Program-made: the position numbers and the translations under genes
The notes under the pieces: model-generated
What the model saw: only the letters and a program-made list of their open reading frames with translations
What the model was told of the DNA's origin: nothing
Databases searched by the model: none
Shown: piece after piece, positions 25,401 to 43,790 of the stretch
Numbering within the stretch: the first letter of the stretch is position 1
Layout of the letters: each line of letters starts with the position of its first letter
Assembly (NCBI GenBank): GCA_053919585.1
Contig: CM132816.1
Length of the DNA stretch: 64,000 nucleotides
Direction: 5' to 3' (one strand)
Source: Euprymna scolopes
Taxonomy: Eukaryota

Positions 25401-28400
25401 GTACATTCACAACGATTTATATGTACATTCATAACGATTTATATGTACATTCGTTACGATTTATACGTACATTCAATACGATTTATAGGTACATTCATTA
25501 CGATTTATATGTACATTCATTACGATTTATATGTATATTCATTACGATTTATATGTACATTCATAACTATTTATATGTACATTCATTACGATTTATATGT
25601 ACATTCATTACGATTTATATGTACATTCATTACGATTTATATGTACATTCATAACGATTTACTGGTACATTCTAACGATTTATATGTACATTCATAAGGA
25701 TTTATATGTACATTCATACCGATTTATACGTACATTCTAACGATTTATACGTACAATCATAACGATTTATATGTACATTCATAAAAATTTATATGTACAT
25801 TCATAACGATTTATACGTACATTCAATACGATTTATATGTACATGACTAATGATTTATAAGTACACACATAACGATTAATATGTACATTCATAACGATGT
25901 ATATGTACATTCATAACGATCTATACGTATATTACTAAAGATTTATATGTACATTCATAATGATTTATATGTACATTCATAAAGATTTATATGTACATTC
26001 CTAACAATTTATATGTACATTCATAACAATTTATATGTACATTTATAAGGATTTATATGTACATTCATAACAATGTATATGTACATTCATAACTATTTAT
26101 ATGTACATTCATAACGATTTACATGTACATGAATAACGATTTATACGTACATTTCACAACGATTTATACGTACATTCATAACGATTTATATGTACATTCA
26201 TAACGATTTATACGTATATTCATAACGATTTATACGTACATTCATTACGATTTATACGTACATTCATAACGATTTATACGAACATTCATAACGATTTATA
26301 CGTACATTCATTACGATTTATATGTACATTCATAACGATTTTTATGTACATTCATAACTATTTATATGTACATTCATAACGATTTATACGTATATTCATA
26401 ACGATTTATACGTACATTCATAACGATTTATAAGTACACTCATAACGATTTATACGTACAATCATAACGATGTATACGTACATTCATAACGATTTATATA
26501 TACATTCATTACGATTTATATGTACATTCATAACGATTTATATGTACATTCATAATGATTTATATGTACATTCATAACAATTTATACGTACATTCCTAAC
26601 AATTTATATGTACATTCATAACAATTTATATGTACATTTATAAGGATTTATATGTACATTCATAACAATGTATATGTACATTCATAACTATTTATATGTA
26701 CATTCATAACGATTTACATGTACATGAATAACGATTTATACGTACATTTCACAACGATTTATACGTACATTCATAACGATTTATATGTACATTCATAACG
26801 ATTTATACGTATATTCATAACGATTTATACGTACATTCATTACGATTTATACGTACATTCATAACGATTTATACGAACATTCATAACGATTTATACGTAC
26901 ATTCATTACGATTTATATGTACATTCATAACGATTTTTATGTACATTCATAACTATTTATATGTACATTCATAACGATTTATACGTATATTCATAACGAT
27001 TTATACGTACATTCATAACGATTTATAAGTACACTCATAACGATTTATACGTACAATCATAACGATGTATACGTACATTCATAACGATTTATATATACAT
27101 TCATTACGATTTATATGTACATTCATAACGATTTATATGTACATTCATAACGATTTATATATACATACATAACGATTTATATGTACATTCATAACGATTT
27201 ATACGTATATTAATAACGATTCATATGTACATTAATAACGATTTATATGTACATTCATAACGATTTATATGTATATTCATAACGATTTATAGGTACATTC
27301 ATAACGATTTATATGTATATTCATAACGATTTATATGTATATTCATAAAGATTTATACGCACATTCATAAAGATTTATACGTACATTCATAACGATTTAT
27401 GCGTACATTCATAACGATGTATACGTACATTCATTACGATTTATAGGTACATTCATGACGATTTATATGTATATTCATACCGATTTATATGTATATTCAT
27501 AAAGATTTATACGTACATTCATAACGATTTATACGTACATTCATAACGATTTATACGTACATTCAATACGATTTATATGTACATTCATAACGATTTATAC
27601 GTACATTCATAACTATTTATACGTACATTCATAACGATGTATATGTACATTCATAACGATTCATATGTACATTTATAACGATTTATATGTACATTCATTA
27701 CGATTTATATGTACATTCATAACAATTTATACGTACATTAATAACGATTTATATGTACATTCGTAACGATTTATATGTACATTCGTTACGATTTATACGT
27801 ACATTCAATACGATTTATAGGTACATTCATTATGATTTATATGTACATTCATTACGATTTATATGTACATTCATTACGATTTATATGTACATTCATAACG
27901 ATTTATAGCTACATTCTAACGATTTATATGTACATTTATAAGGATTTATATGTACATTCATTACGATTTATATGTACATTCATTACGATTTATATGTACA
28001 TTCATAACGATTTATAGGTACATTCTAACGATTTATATGTACATTCATAAGGATTTATATGTACATTCATACCGATTTATACGTACATTCTAACGATTTA
28101 TACGTACAATCATAACGATTTATATGTACATTCATAAAAATTTATATGTACATTCATAACGATTTATACGTACATTCAATACGATTTATATGTACATTCA
28201 TAACGATTTATACGTACATTCATAACGATTAATATGTACATGAATAATGATTTATAAGTACACACATAACGATTAATATGTACATTCATAACGATTTATA
28301 TGTACATTCACAACGATCTATACGTATATTCATAACGATTTATATGTACATTCATAAGGATTTATATGTACATTCATAACAATTTATATGTACATTCATA

Positions 28401-31400
28401 ACAATTTATATGTACATTCATAACAATGTATATGTACATTCATAACAATTTATATGTCATTCATAACGATTTATATGTGCATTCATAACGATTTATACGT
28501 ACATTCATTACGATTTATATGTACATTCATAAGGATTTATATGTACATTCATAACAATTTATATGTACATTCACACCAATTTATATGTACATTCATTACG
28601 ATTTATATGTACATTCATAACGATTTATATGTACATTCATTACGATTCATATGTACATTCATAACGATTTATATGTACATTCGTAAAGATTTATACGTAC
28701 ATTCAATTCGATTTATATGTACATTCATAACGATTTATATGTAAATTCATAACGATTCATATCTACATTCAGAACGATTTATACGTTCATTCAGAACGAT
28801 TTATATATACATTCATAACGATTCATATGTACATTCAGACCGATTTATACGTACATTCATAACGATTTATATGTACATTCAAAACGATTCATATGTACAT
28901 TCATGAAAATTTATACGTAAATTCATATCGATTTATATGTACATTCATAACGATTTATACGTACACTCATAACGATTTATACGTGCATTCATAACGATTT
29001 ATATGTACACTCATAACGATTTATACGTACAATCATAACGATTTATACGTACATTCATAACGATTTATATATACATTCATTACGATTTATATGTACATTC
29101 ATAACGATTTATATGTACATTCATAACGATTTATATATACATACATAACGATTTATATGTACATTCACAACGATGTATACGTACAATCATAACGATTAAT
29201 ACGTATATTAATAACGATTCATATGTACATTAATAACGATTTATATGTACATTCATAACGATTTATATGTATATTCATAACGATTTATACGTACATTCAT
29301 AACGATTTATATGTATATTCATAACGATTTATATGTATATTCATAAAGATTTATACGCACATTCATAAAGATTTATACGTACATTCATAACGATTTATAC
29401 GTACATTCATAACGATTTATACGTACATTCATTACGATTTATATGTACATTCATAACGATTTATATGTATATTCATACCGATTTATATGTATATTCATAA
29501 AGATTTATACGTACATTCATAACGATTTATACGTACATTCATAACGATTTATACGTACATTCAATACGATTTATATGTACATTCATAACGATTTGTACGT
29601 ACATTCATAACGATTTATATGTACATTCATAACGATTCATATGTACATTTATAACGATTTATATGTGCATTCATTACGATTAATATGTACATTCACAACA
29701 ATTTATATGTACATTCATAACGATTTATATGTACATTCGTTACGATTTATACGTACATTCAATACGATTTATAGGTACATTCATTAGTATTTATATGTAC
29801 ATTCATTACGATTTATATGTATATTCATTACGATTTATATGTACATTCATAACGATTTATATGTACATTCATTACGATTTATATGTACATTCATTACGAT
29901 TTATATGTAAATTCATTACGATTTATATGTACATTCATAACGATTTATAGGTACATTCAAACGATTTATATGTACATTCATAAGGATTTATATGTAAATT
30001 CATACCGATTTATACGTACATTCTAACGATTTATACGTACAATCATAACGATTTATATGTACATTCATAAAAATTTATATGTACATTCATAACGATTTAT
30101 ATGTACATTCAATACGATTTATATGTACATTCATTACGATTTATACGTACATTCATATCGATTTATATGTACATGAATAATGATTTATAAGTACACACAT
30201 AACGATTAATATGTACATTCATAACGATTTATATGTACATTCATAACGATCTATACGTATATTCATAACGATTTATATGTACATTCATAATGATTTATAT
30301 GTACATTCATAACGATTTATATGTACATTCCTAACAATTTATATGTACATTCATAACAATTTATATGTACATTTATAAGGATTTATATGTACATTCATAA
30401 CAATTTATATGTACATTCATAACTATTTATATATACATTCATAACGATTTACATGTACATGAATAACGATTTATACGTACATTTCACAACGATTTATACG
30501 TACATTCATAACGATTTATATGTACATTCATAACGATTTATACGTATATTCATAAAGATTTATACGTACATTCATTACGATTTATACGTACATTCATAAC
30601 GATTTATACGAACATTCATAACGATTTATACGTACATTCATTACGATTTATATGTACATTCATAACGATTTATATGTAAATTCATAACGATTCATACGTA
30701 CATTCATAATGATTTATATGTAAATTCATACCAATTTATATGTACATTCAATACGATTTTAACGCACATTCATAATGATTTATATGTATATTCATAACGA
30801 TTTATACGTACATTCAATACGATTTTTACGTATATTCATAACGATTTATATGTACATTCATAACGATTTATACGTACATTCATAACTATTTATATGTACA
30901 TTCATAACGATTTATACGTACATTCATACCGATTTATATGTATATTCATAACGTTTTATATGTACATTCATAACGATTTATATGTACATTCATAACTATT
31001 TATATGTACATTTATTACGATTTATACGTACATTCATAACAATTTATATGTATATTCATAACGATTTATATGTACATTCATAACGATTTATACATACATT
31101 TATAACGATTTATATGTACATTCATAACGATTTTTATGTACATTCATAACTATTTATATGTACATTCATAACGATTTATACGTATATTCATAACGATTTA
31201 TACGTACATTCATAACGATTTATAAGTACACTCATAACGATTTATACGTACAATCATAACGATTTATACGTACATTCATAACGATTTATATATACATTCA
31301 TTACGATTTATATGTACATTCATAACGATTTATATGTACATTCATAACGATTTATATATACATACATAACGATTTATATGTACATTCATAACGATTTATA

Positions 31401-34400
31401 CGTATATTAATAACGATTCATACGTACATTAATAACGATTTATATGTAAATTCATAACGATTTATATGTATATTCATAACGATTTATACGTACATTCATA
31501 ACGATTTATATGTATATTCAGAACGATTTATATGTATATACATAAAGATTTATACGCACATTCATAAAGATTTATACGTACATTCATAACGATTTATGCG
31601 TACATTCATAACGATGTATACGTACATTCATTTCGATTTATAGGTACATTCATGACGATTTATATGTATATTCATACCGATTTATATGTATATTCATAAA
31701 GATTTATACGTACATTCATAACGATTTATACGTACATTCATAACGATTTATACGTACATTCAATACGATTTATATGTACATTCATAACGATTTATACGTA
31801 CATTCATAACTATTTATACGTACATTCACAACGATTTATATGTACATTCATAACGATTCATATGTACATTTATAACGATTTATATGTACATTCATTACGA
31901 TTTATATGTACATTCATAACGATTTATACGTACATTCATAACGATTTATATGTACATTCGTTACGATTTATACGTACATTCAATACGATTTATAGGTACA
32001 TTCATTATGATTTATATGTACATTCATTACGATTTATATGTACATTCATTACGATTTATATGTACATTCATAACGATTTATAGCTACATTCTAACGATTT
32101 ATATGTACATTTATAAGGATTTATATGTACATTCATTACGATTTATATGTACATTCATTACGATTTATATGTACATTCATAACGATGTATAGGTACATTC
32201 TAACGATTTATATGTACATTCATAAGGATTTATATGTACATTCATACCGATTTATACGTACATTCTTACGATTTATACGTACAATCATAACGATTTATAT
32301 GTACATTCATAAAAATTTATATGTACATTCATAACGATTTATACGTACATTCAATACGATTTATATGTACATTCATAACGATTTATACGTACATTTATAA
32401 CGATTAATATGTACATGAATAATGATTTATAAGTACACACATAACGATTAATATGTACATTCATAACAATTTATATGTACATTCATAACAATTTATATGT
32501 ACATTCATAACAATGTATATGTACATTCACAACAATTTATATGTACATTCATAACGATTTATATGTGCATTCATAACGATTTATACGTACATTCATTACG
32601 ATTTATATGTACATTCATAAGGATTTATATGTACATTCGTAACAATTTATATGTACATTCACACCAATTTATATGTACATTCATAACGATTTTTATGTAC
32701 ATTCATTACGATTCATATGTACATTCATAACGATTTATATGTACATTCGTAAAGATTTATACGTACATTCAATTCGATTTATATGTACATTGATAACGAT
32801 TTATATGTAAATTCATAACGATTCATATCTACATTCAGAACGATTTATACGTTCATTCATAACGATTTATATATACATTCATAACGATTCATATGTACAT
32901 TCAGACCGATTTATACGTACATTCATAACGATTTATATGTACATTCATAACGATTCATATGTACATTCATGAAAATTTATACGTAAATTCATATCGATTT
33001 ATATGTACATTCATAACGATTTATACGTACATTTCACAACGATTTATACGTACATTCATAACGATTTATAAGTACACTCATAACGATTTATACGTACAAT
33101 CATAACGATTTATACGTACATTCATAACGATTTATAAGTACACTCATAACGATTTATACGTACAATCATAACGATTTATACGTACATTCATTACGATTTG
33201 TATGTACATTCATAACGATTTATATGTATATTCATACCGATTTATATGTATATTCATAAAGATTTATACGTACATTCATAACGATTTATACGTACATTCA
33301 TAACGATTTATACGTACATTCAATACGATTTATATGTACATTCATAACAATTTGTACGTACATTCATAACGATTTATATGTACATTCATAACGATTCATA
33401 TGTACATTTATAACGATTTATATGTGCATTCATTACGATTTATATGTACATTCATAACGATTTATATGTACATTCATAACGATTTATATGTACATTCGTT
33501 ACGATTTATACGTACATTCAATACGATTTATAGGTACATTCATTACGATTTATATGTACATTCATTACGATTTATATGTATATTCATTACGATTTATATG
33601 TACATTCATAACGATTTATATGTACATTCATTACGATTTATATGTACATTCATTACGATTTATATGTACATTCATTACGATTTATATGTACATTCATTAC
33701 GATTTATATGTACATTCATAACGATTTATAGGTACATTCTAACGATTTATATGTACATTCATAAGGATTTATATGTACATTCATACCGATTTATAGGTAC
33801 ATTCTAACGATTTATACGTACAATCATAACGATTTATATGTACATTAATAAAAAATTATATGTACATTCATAACGATTTATACGTACATTCAATACGATT
33901 TATATGTACATTCATAATGATTTATACGTACATTCATAACGATTTATATGTACATGAACAATGATTTATAAGTACACACATAACGATAAATATGTACATT
34001 CATAATGATTTATATGTACATTCATAACGATCTATACGTATATTCATAACGATTTATAGGTACATTCATAATGATTTATATGTACATTCATAACGATTTA
34101 TATGTACATTCATAACAATTTATATGTACATTCATAACAATTTATATGTACATTTATAAGGATTTATATGTACATTCATAACAATTTATATGTACATTCA
34201 TAACTATTTATATGTACATTCATAATGATTTACATGTACATGAATAACGATTTATACGTACATTTTACAACGATTTATACGTACATTCATAACGATTTAT
34301 ATGTACATTCATAACGATTTATACGTATATTCATAAAGATTTATACGTACATTCATTACGATTTATACGTACATTCATAACGATTTATACGAACATTCAT

Positions 34401-37400
34401 AACGATTTATACGTACATTCATTACGATTTATATGTACATTCATAACGATTTATATGTAAGTTCATAACGAATCATACGTACATTTATAATGATTTATAT
34501 GTAAATTCATACCAATTTATATGTACATTCAATACGATTTTAACGCACATTCATAATGATTTATATGTATATTCATAACGATTTATACGTACATTCAATA
34601 CGATTTTTATGTATATTCATAACGACTTATATGTACATTCATAACGATTTATACGTACATTCATAACTATTTATATGTACATTCAGAACGATTTATACGT
34701 ACATTCATACCGATTTATATGTATATTCATAACGTTTTATATGTACATTCATAACGATTTATATGTACATTCATAACTATTTATATGTACATTTATAACG
34801 ATTTATACGTACATTCATAACATTTTATATGTATATTCATAACGATTTATATGTACATTCATAACGATTAATACATACATTTATAACGATTTATATGTAC
34901 ATTCATAACGATTTTTATGTACATTCATAACGATTTATACGTATATTCATAACGATTTATACGTACATTCATAACGATTTATAAGTACACTCATAACGAT
35001 TTATACGTACAATCATAACGATTTATACGTACATTCATAACGATTTATATATACATTTATTACGATTTATATGTACATTCATAACGACTTATATGTACAT
35101 TCATAACGATTTATATATACATACATAACGATTTATATGTACATTCATTACGATTTATACGTACAATCAGAACGATTTATACGTATATTAATAACGATTC
35201 ATATGTACATTAATAACGATTTATATGTACATTCATAACGATTTATATGTATATTCATAACGATTTATACGTACATTCATAACGATTTATATGTATATTC
35301 ATAACGATTTATATGTATATTCATAAAGATTTATACGCACATTCATAACGATTTATACGTACATTCATAACGATTTATACGTACATTCAATACGATTTAT
35401 ATGTACATTCATAACGATTTATACGTACATTCATTACTATTTATACGTACATTCATAACGATTTATATGTACATTCATAACGATTCATATGTACATTGTT
35501 AACGATTTATATGTACATTCATTACGATTTATATGTACATTCATAATGATTTATATGTACATTCATAACGATTTATATGTACATTCGTTACGATTTATAC
35601 GTACATTCAATTCGATTTATAGGTACATTCATTACGATTTATATTTACATTCATTACGATTTATATGTACATTCATTACGATTTATATGTGCATTCATAA
35701 CGATTTATAGCTACATTCTAACGATTTATATGTACATTTATAAGGATTTATATGTACATTCATTACGATTTATATGTACATTCATAACGATTCATAGGTA
35801 CATTTTAACGATTTATATGTACACTCATAAGGATTAATATGTACATTCATACCGATTTATACGTACATTCTAACGATTTATACGTACGATCATAACGATT
35901 TATATGTACATTCATAAAAATTTATATGTACATTCATAAAGATTTATACGTACATTCAATACGATTTATATGTACATTCATAACAATTTATACGTACATT
36001 CATAACGATTTATATGTACATTAATAATGATTTATAAGTACACACATAACGATTAATATGTACATACATAAGTATTTATATGTACATTCATAACGATCTA
36101 TACGTATATTCATAACGATTTATATGTACATTCATAAGGATTTATATGTACATTCATAACAATTTATATGTACATTCATAACAATTTATATGTACATTCA
36201 TAACAATTTATATGTACATTCATAACAATTTATATGTACATTCATAACGATTTATATGTGCAGTCATAACGATTTATACGTACATTCTAACGATTTATAT
36301 GTACATTCATAAGGATTTATATGTACATTCATAACAATTTGTATGTACATTCATAACAATTTATATGTAAATTCATTACGATTTATATGTACATTCATAA
36401 CGATTTATATGTACATTCGTAAAGATTTATACGTACATTCAATTCGATTTATATGTACATTCATAACGATTTATATGTAAATTCATAACGATTCATATCT
36501 ACATTCAGAACGATTTATACGTTCATTCATAACGATTTATATATACATTCATAACGATTCATATGTACATTCAGACCGATTTATACGTACATTCATAACG
36601 ATTTATATGTACATTCATAACGATTCCTATGTACATTCATGAAAATTTATACGTAAATTCATATCGATTTATATGTACATTCATAACGATTTATACGTAC
36701 ATTTCACAACGATTTATACGTACATTCATAACGATTTATAAGTACACTCATAACGATTTATACGTACAATCATAACGATTTATACGTACATTCATAACGA
36801 TTTATAAGTACACTCATAACGATTTATACGTACAATCATAACGATTTATACGTACATTCATTACGATTTATATGTACATTCATAACGATTTATATGTATA
36901 TTCATACCGATTTATATGTATATTCATAAAGATTTATACGTACATTCATAACGATTTATACGTACATTCATAACGATTTATACGTACATTCAATACGATT
37001 TATATGTACATTCATAACGATTTGTACGTACATTCATAACGATTTATATGTACATTCATAACGATTCATATGTACATTTATAACGATTTATATGTGCATT
37101 CATTACGATTTATATGTACATTCATAACGATTTATATGTACATTCATAACGATTTATATGTACATTCGTTACGATTTATACGTACATTCAATACGATTTA
37201 TAGGTACATTCATTACGATTTATATGTACATTCATTACGATTTATATGTATATTCATTACGATTTATATGTACATTCATAACGATTTATATGTACATTCA
37301 TTACGATTTATATGTACATTCATTACGATTTATATGTACATTCATTACGATTTATATGTACATTCATTACGATTTATATGTACATTCATAACGATTTATA

Positions 37401-40400
37401 GGTACATTCTAACGATTTATATGTACATTCATAAGGATTTATATGTACATTCATACCGATTTATAGGTACATTCTAACGATTTATACGTACAATCATAAC
37501 GATTTATATGTACATTAATAAAAAATTATATGTACATTCATAACGATTTATACGTACATTCAATATGATTTATATGTACATTCATAATGATTTATACGTA
37601 CATTCATAACGATTTATATGTACATGAATAATGATTTATAAGTACACACATAACGATTAATATGTACATTCATAACGATTTATATGTACATTCATAACGA
37701 TCTATACGTATATTCATAACGATTTATAGGTACATTCATAATGATTTATATGTACATTCATAACGATTTATATGTACATTCATAACAATTTATATGTACA
37801 TTCATAACAATTTATATGTACATTTATAAGGATTTATATGTACATTCATAACAATTTATATGTACATTCATAACTATTTATATGTACATTCATAACGATT
37901 TACATGTACATGAATAACGATTTATACGTACATTTTACAACGATTTATACGTACATTCATAACGATTTATATGTACATTCATAACGATTTATACGTATAT
38001 TCATAACGATTTATATGTACATTCATTACGATTTATATGTACATTCATAACGATTTATACGTATATTCATAAAGATTTATACGTACATTCATTACGATTT
38101 ATACGTACATTCATAACGATTTATACGAACATTCATAACGATTTATACGTACATTCATTACGATTTATATGTACATTCATTACGATTTATATGTAAGTTC
38201 ATAACGAATCATACGTACATTTATAATGATTTATATGTAAATTCATACCAATTTATATGTACATTCAATACGATTTTAACGCACATTCATAATGATTTAT
38301 ATGTATATTCATAACGATTTATACGTACATTCAATACGATTTTTATGTATATTCATAACGATTTATATGTACATTCATAACGATTTATACGTACATTCAT
38401 AACTATTTATATGTACATTCAGAACGATTTATACGTACATTCATACCGATTTATATGTATATTCATAACGTTTTATATGTACATTCATAACGATTTATAT
38501 GTACATTCATAACTATTTATATGTACATTTATAACGATTTATACGTACATTCATAACATTTTATATGTATATTCATAACGATTTATATGTACATTCATAA
38601 CGATTAATACATACATTTATAACGATTTATATGTACATTCATAACGATTTTTATGTACATTCATAACGATTTATACGTATATTCATAACGATTTATACGT
38701 ACATTCATAACGATTTATAAGTACACTCATAACGATTTATACGTACAATCATAACGATTTATACGTACATTCATAACGATTTATATATACATTTATTACG
38801 ATTTATATGTACATTCATAACGACTTATATGTACATTCATAACGATTTATATATACATACATAACGATTTATATGTACATTCATTACGATTTATACGTAC
38901 AATCAGAACGATTTATACGTATATTAATAACGATTCATATGTACATTAATAACGATTTATATGTACATTCATAACGATTTATATGTATATTCATAACGAT
39001 TTATACGTACATTCATAACGATTTATATGTATATTCATAACGATTTATATGTATATTCATAAAGATTTATACGCACATTCATAACGATTTATACGTACAT
39101 TCATAACGATTTATACGTACATTCAATACGATTTATATGTACATTCATAACGATTTATACGTACATTCATAACTATTTATACGTACATTCATAACGATTT
39201 ATATGTACATTCATAACGATTCATATGTACATTTATAACGATTTATATGTACATTCATTACGATTTATATGTACATTCATAACGATTTATATGTACATTC
39301 ATAACGATTTATATGTACATTCGTTACGATTTATACGTACATTCAATTCGATTTATAGGTACATTCATTACGATTTATATTTACATTCATTACGATTTAT
39401 ATGTACATTCATTACGATTTATATGTGCATTCATAACGATTTATAGCTACATTCTAACGATTTATATGTACATTTATAAGGATTTATATGTACATTCATT
39501 ACGATTTATATGTACATTCATAACGATTCATAGGTACATTTTAACGATTTATATGTACACTCATAAGGATTAATATGTACATTCATACCGATTTATACGT
39601 ACATTCTAACGATTTATACGTACAATCATAACGATTTATATGTACATTCATAAAAATTTATATGTACATTCATAAAGATTTATACATACATTCAATACGA
39701 TTTATATGTACATTCATAACAATTTATACGTACATTCATAACAATTTATATGTACATTAATAATGATTTATAAGTACACACATAACGATTAATATGTACA
39801 TACATAAGTATTTATATGTACATTCATAACGATCTATACGTATATTCATAACGATTTATATGTACATTCATAAGGATTTATATGTACATTCATAACAATT
39901 TATATGTACATTCATAACAATTTATATGTACATTCATAACAATTTATATGTACATTCATAACAATTTATATGTACATTCATAACAATTTATATGTGCAGT
40001 CATAACGATTTATACGTACATTCAAACGATTTATATGTACATTCATAAGGATTTATATGTACATTCATAACATTTTTTATGTACATTCATAACAATTTAT
40101 ATGTAAATTCATTACGATTTATATGTACATTCATAACGATGTATATGTACATTCATTACGATTCATATGTACATTCATAACGATTTATATGTACATTCGT
40201 AAAGATTTATAAGTACATTCAAATCGATTTATATGTATATTCATAACGATTTGTATGTTAATTCATAACGATTCATATCTACATTCAGAGCGATTTATAC
40301 GTTCATTCATAACGATTTATATATACATTCATAACGATTCATATGTACATTCAGAACGATTTATACGTACATTCATAACGATTTATATGTACATTCGTAA

Positions 40401-43400
40401 CGATTCATATGTACATTCATGAAAATTTATACGTAAATGCATATCGATTTATATGTACATTCATAACGATTTATACGTACATTCATAACGATTTATACGT
40501 ACATTCATAACGATTTATAAGTACACTCATAACGATTTATACGTACAATCATAACGATTTATACGTACATTCATAACGATTTATATATACATTCATTACG
40601 ATTTATATGTACATTCATTACGATTTATATGTACATTCATAACGATTTATATATACATACATAACGATTTGTATGTACATTCAAAACGATTTATACGTAC
40701 AATGATAACGATTTATACGTATATTAATAACGATTCATATGTACATTAATAACGATTTATATGTACATTCATAACGATTTATATGTATATTCATAACGAT
40801 TTATACGTACATTCATAACGATTTATATGTATATTCATAACGATTTATATGTATATTCATAAAGATTTATACGCACATTCATAAAGATTTATACGTACAT
40901 TCATAACGATTTATACGTACATTCATAACGATTTATACGTACATTCATTACGATTTTTATGTACATTCATAACGATTTATATGTATATTCATACCGATTT
41001 ATATGTATATTCATAAAGATTTATACGTACATTCATAACGATTTATACGTACATTCATAACGATTTATACGTACATTCAATACGATTTATATGTACATTC
41101 ATAACGATTTATACGTACATTCATAACTATTTATACGTACATTCATAACGATTTATATGTACATTCATAACGAGTCATATGTACATTTATAACGATTTAT
41201 ATGTACATTCATTACGATTTATATGTACATTCATAACGATGTATATGTACATTCATAACGATTTATATGTACATTCGTTAGGATTTATACGTACATTCAA
41301 TACGATTTATAGGTACATTCATTACGATTTATATGCACATTCATTACGATTTATATGTATATTCATTACGATTTATATGTACATTCATAACGATTTATAT
41401 GTAAATTCATTACGATTTATATGTACATTCATTACGATTTATATGTACATTCATTACGAATTATATGTACATTCATTACGATTTATATGTACATTCATAA
41501 CGATTTATAGGTACATTCTAACGATTTATATGTACATTCATAAGGATTTATATGTACATTCATACCGATTTATACGTACATTCTAACGATTTATACGTAC
41601 AATCATAACGATTTATATGTACATTCATAAAAATTTATATGTACATTCATAACGATTTATACGTACATTCAATACGATTTATATGTACATTCATAACGAT
41701 TTATACGTACATTCATAACGATTTATATGTACATGAATAATTATTTATAAGTACACACATAACGATTAATATGTACATTCATAACGATTTATATGTACAT
41801 TCATAACGATCTATACGTATATTCATAACGATTTATATGTACATTCATAAGGATTTATATGTACATTCATAACGATTTATATGTACATTCATAACAATTT
41901 ATATGTACATTCATAACAATTTATATGTACATTCATAAGGATTTATATGTACATTCATAACAATTTATATGTACATTCATAACAATTTATATGTACATTC
42001 ATTACGATTTATATGTACATTCATAACGATTTATATGTACATTCATTACGATTCATATGTACATTCATAACGATTTATATGTACATTCGTAAAGATTTAT
42101 ACGTACATTCAATTCGATTTATATGTACATTCATAACGAGTTATATGTAAATTCATAACGATTTATATCTACATTCAGAACGATTTATACGTTCATTCAT
42201 AACGATTTATATATACATTCATAACGATTCATATGTACATTCATAACGATTTATACGTACATTCATAACGATGTATATGTACATTCATAACGATTCATAT
42301 GTACATTCATGAAAATTTATACGTAAATTCATATCGAGTTATATGTACATTCATAACGATTTATACGTACATTCATAACGATTTATACGTATATTCATAA
42401 CGATTTATAAGTACACTCATAACGATTTATACGTACAATCATAACGATTTATACGTACATTCATAACGATTTATATATACATTCATTACGATTTATATGT
42501 ACATTCATAACGATTTATATGTACATTCATAACGATTTATATATACATACATAACGATTTGTATGTACATTCATAACGATTTATACGTACAATCATAACG
42601 ATTTATATGTATATTAATAACGATTCATATGTACATTAATAACGATTTATATGTACATTCATAACGATTTATATGTATATTCATAACGATTTATACGTAC
42701 ATTCATAACGATTTATATGTATATTCATAACGATTTATATGTATATTCATAAAGATTTATACACACATTCATAAAGATTTATACGTACATTCATAACGAT
42801 TTATACGTACATTCATAACGATTTATACGTACATTCATTACGATTTATATGTACATTCATAACGATTTATATGTATATTCATACCGATTTATATGTATAT
42901 TCATAAAGATTTATACGTACATTCATAACGATTTATACGTACATTCATAACGATTTATACGTACATTCAATACGATTTATATGTACATTCATAACGATTT
43001 ATACGTACATTCATAACTATTTATACGTACATTCATAACGATTTATATGTACATTCATAACGATTCATATGTACATTTATAACGATTTATATGTACATTC
43101 ATTACGATTTATATGTACATTCATAACGATTTATATGTACATTCATAACGATTTATATGTACATTCGTTACGATTTATACGTACATTCAATACGATTTAT
43201 AGGTACATTCATTACGATTTATATGTACATTCATTACGATTTATATGTACATTCATTACGATTTATATGTACATTCATAACTATTTATAGGTACATTCTA
43301 ACGATTTATATGTACATTCATAAGGATTTATATGTACATTTATACCGATTTATACGTACATTCTAACGATTTATACGTACAATCATAACGATTTATATGT

Positions 43401-43790
43401 ACATTCATAAAAATTTATATGTACATTCATAACGATTTATACGTACATTCAATACGATTTATATGTACATTCATAACGATTTATACGTACATTCATAACG
43501 ATTTATACGTACATTCATAACGATTTATAAGTACACTCATAACGATTTATACGTACAATCATAAGGATTTATATGTACATTCATAACAATTTATATGTAC
43601 ATTCATAACAATTTATATGTACATTCATTACGATTTATATGTACATTCATAACGATTTATATGTACATTCATAACGATTTATATGTACATTCATAACGAT
43701 TTATATGTACATTCATAACGATTTATATGTACATTCATAACGATTTATATGTACATTCATAATAATTTATACGTACATTCGTAACGATTT
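19475..43790. repeat. 22-bp satellite TACATTCATAACGATTTATA(T/C)G, ~1100 copies, with higher-order repeats
   Basis: Seen directly; rare variant blocks recur at kilobase spacing (see findings). Confidence 0.99.

Noticed and set aside
24211-43366. Many MYIHNDLYVHS-type ORFs
   Set aside because: Translations of the 22-bp satellite, open only where TAA has mutated.
13101-43790. CRISPR-like arrays
   Set aside because: Contiguous tandem units without unique spacers; eukaryotic context; no cas genes.
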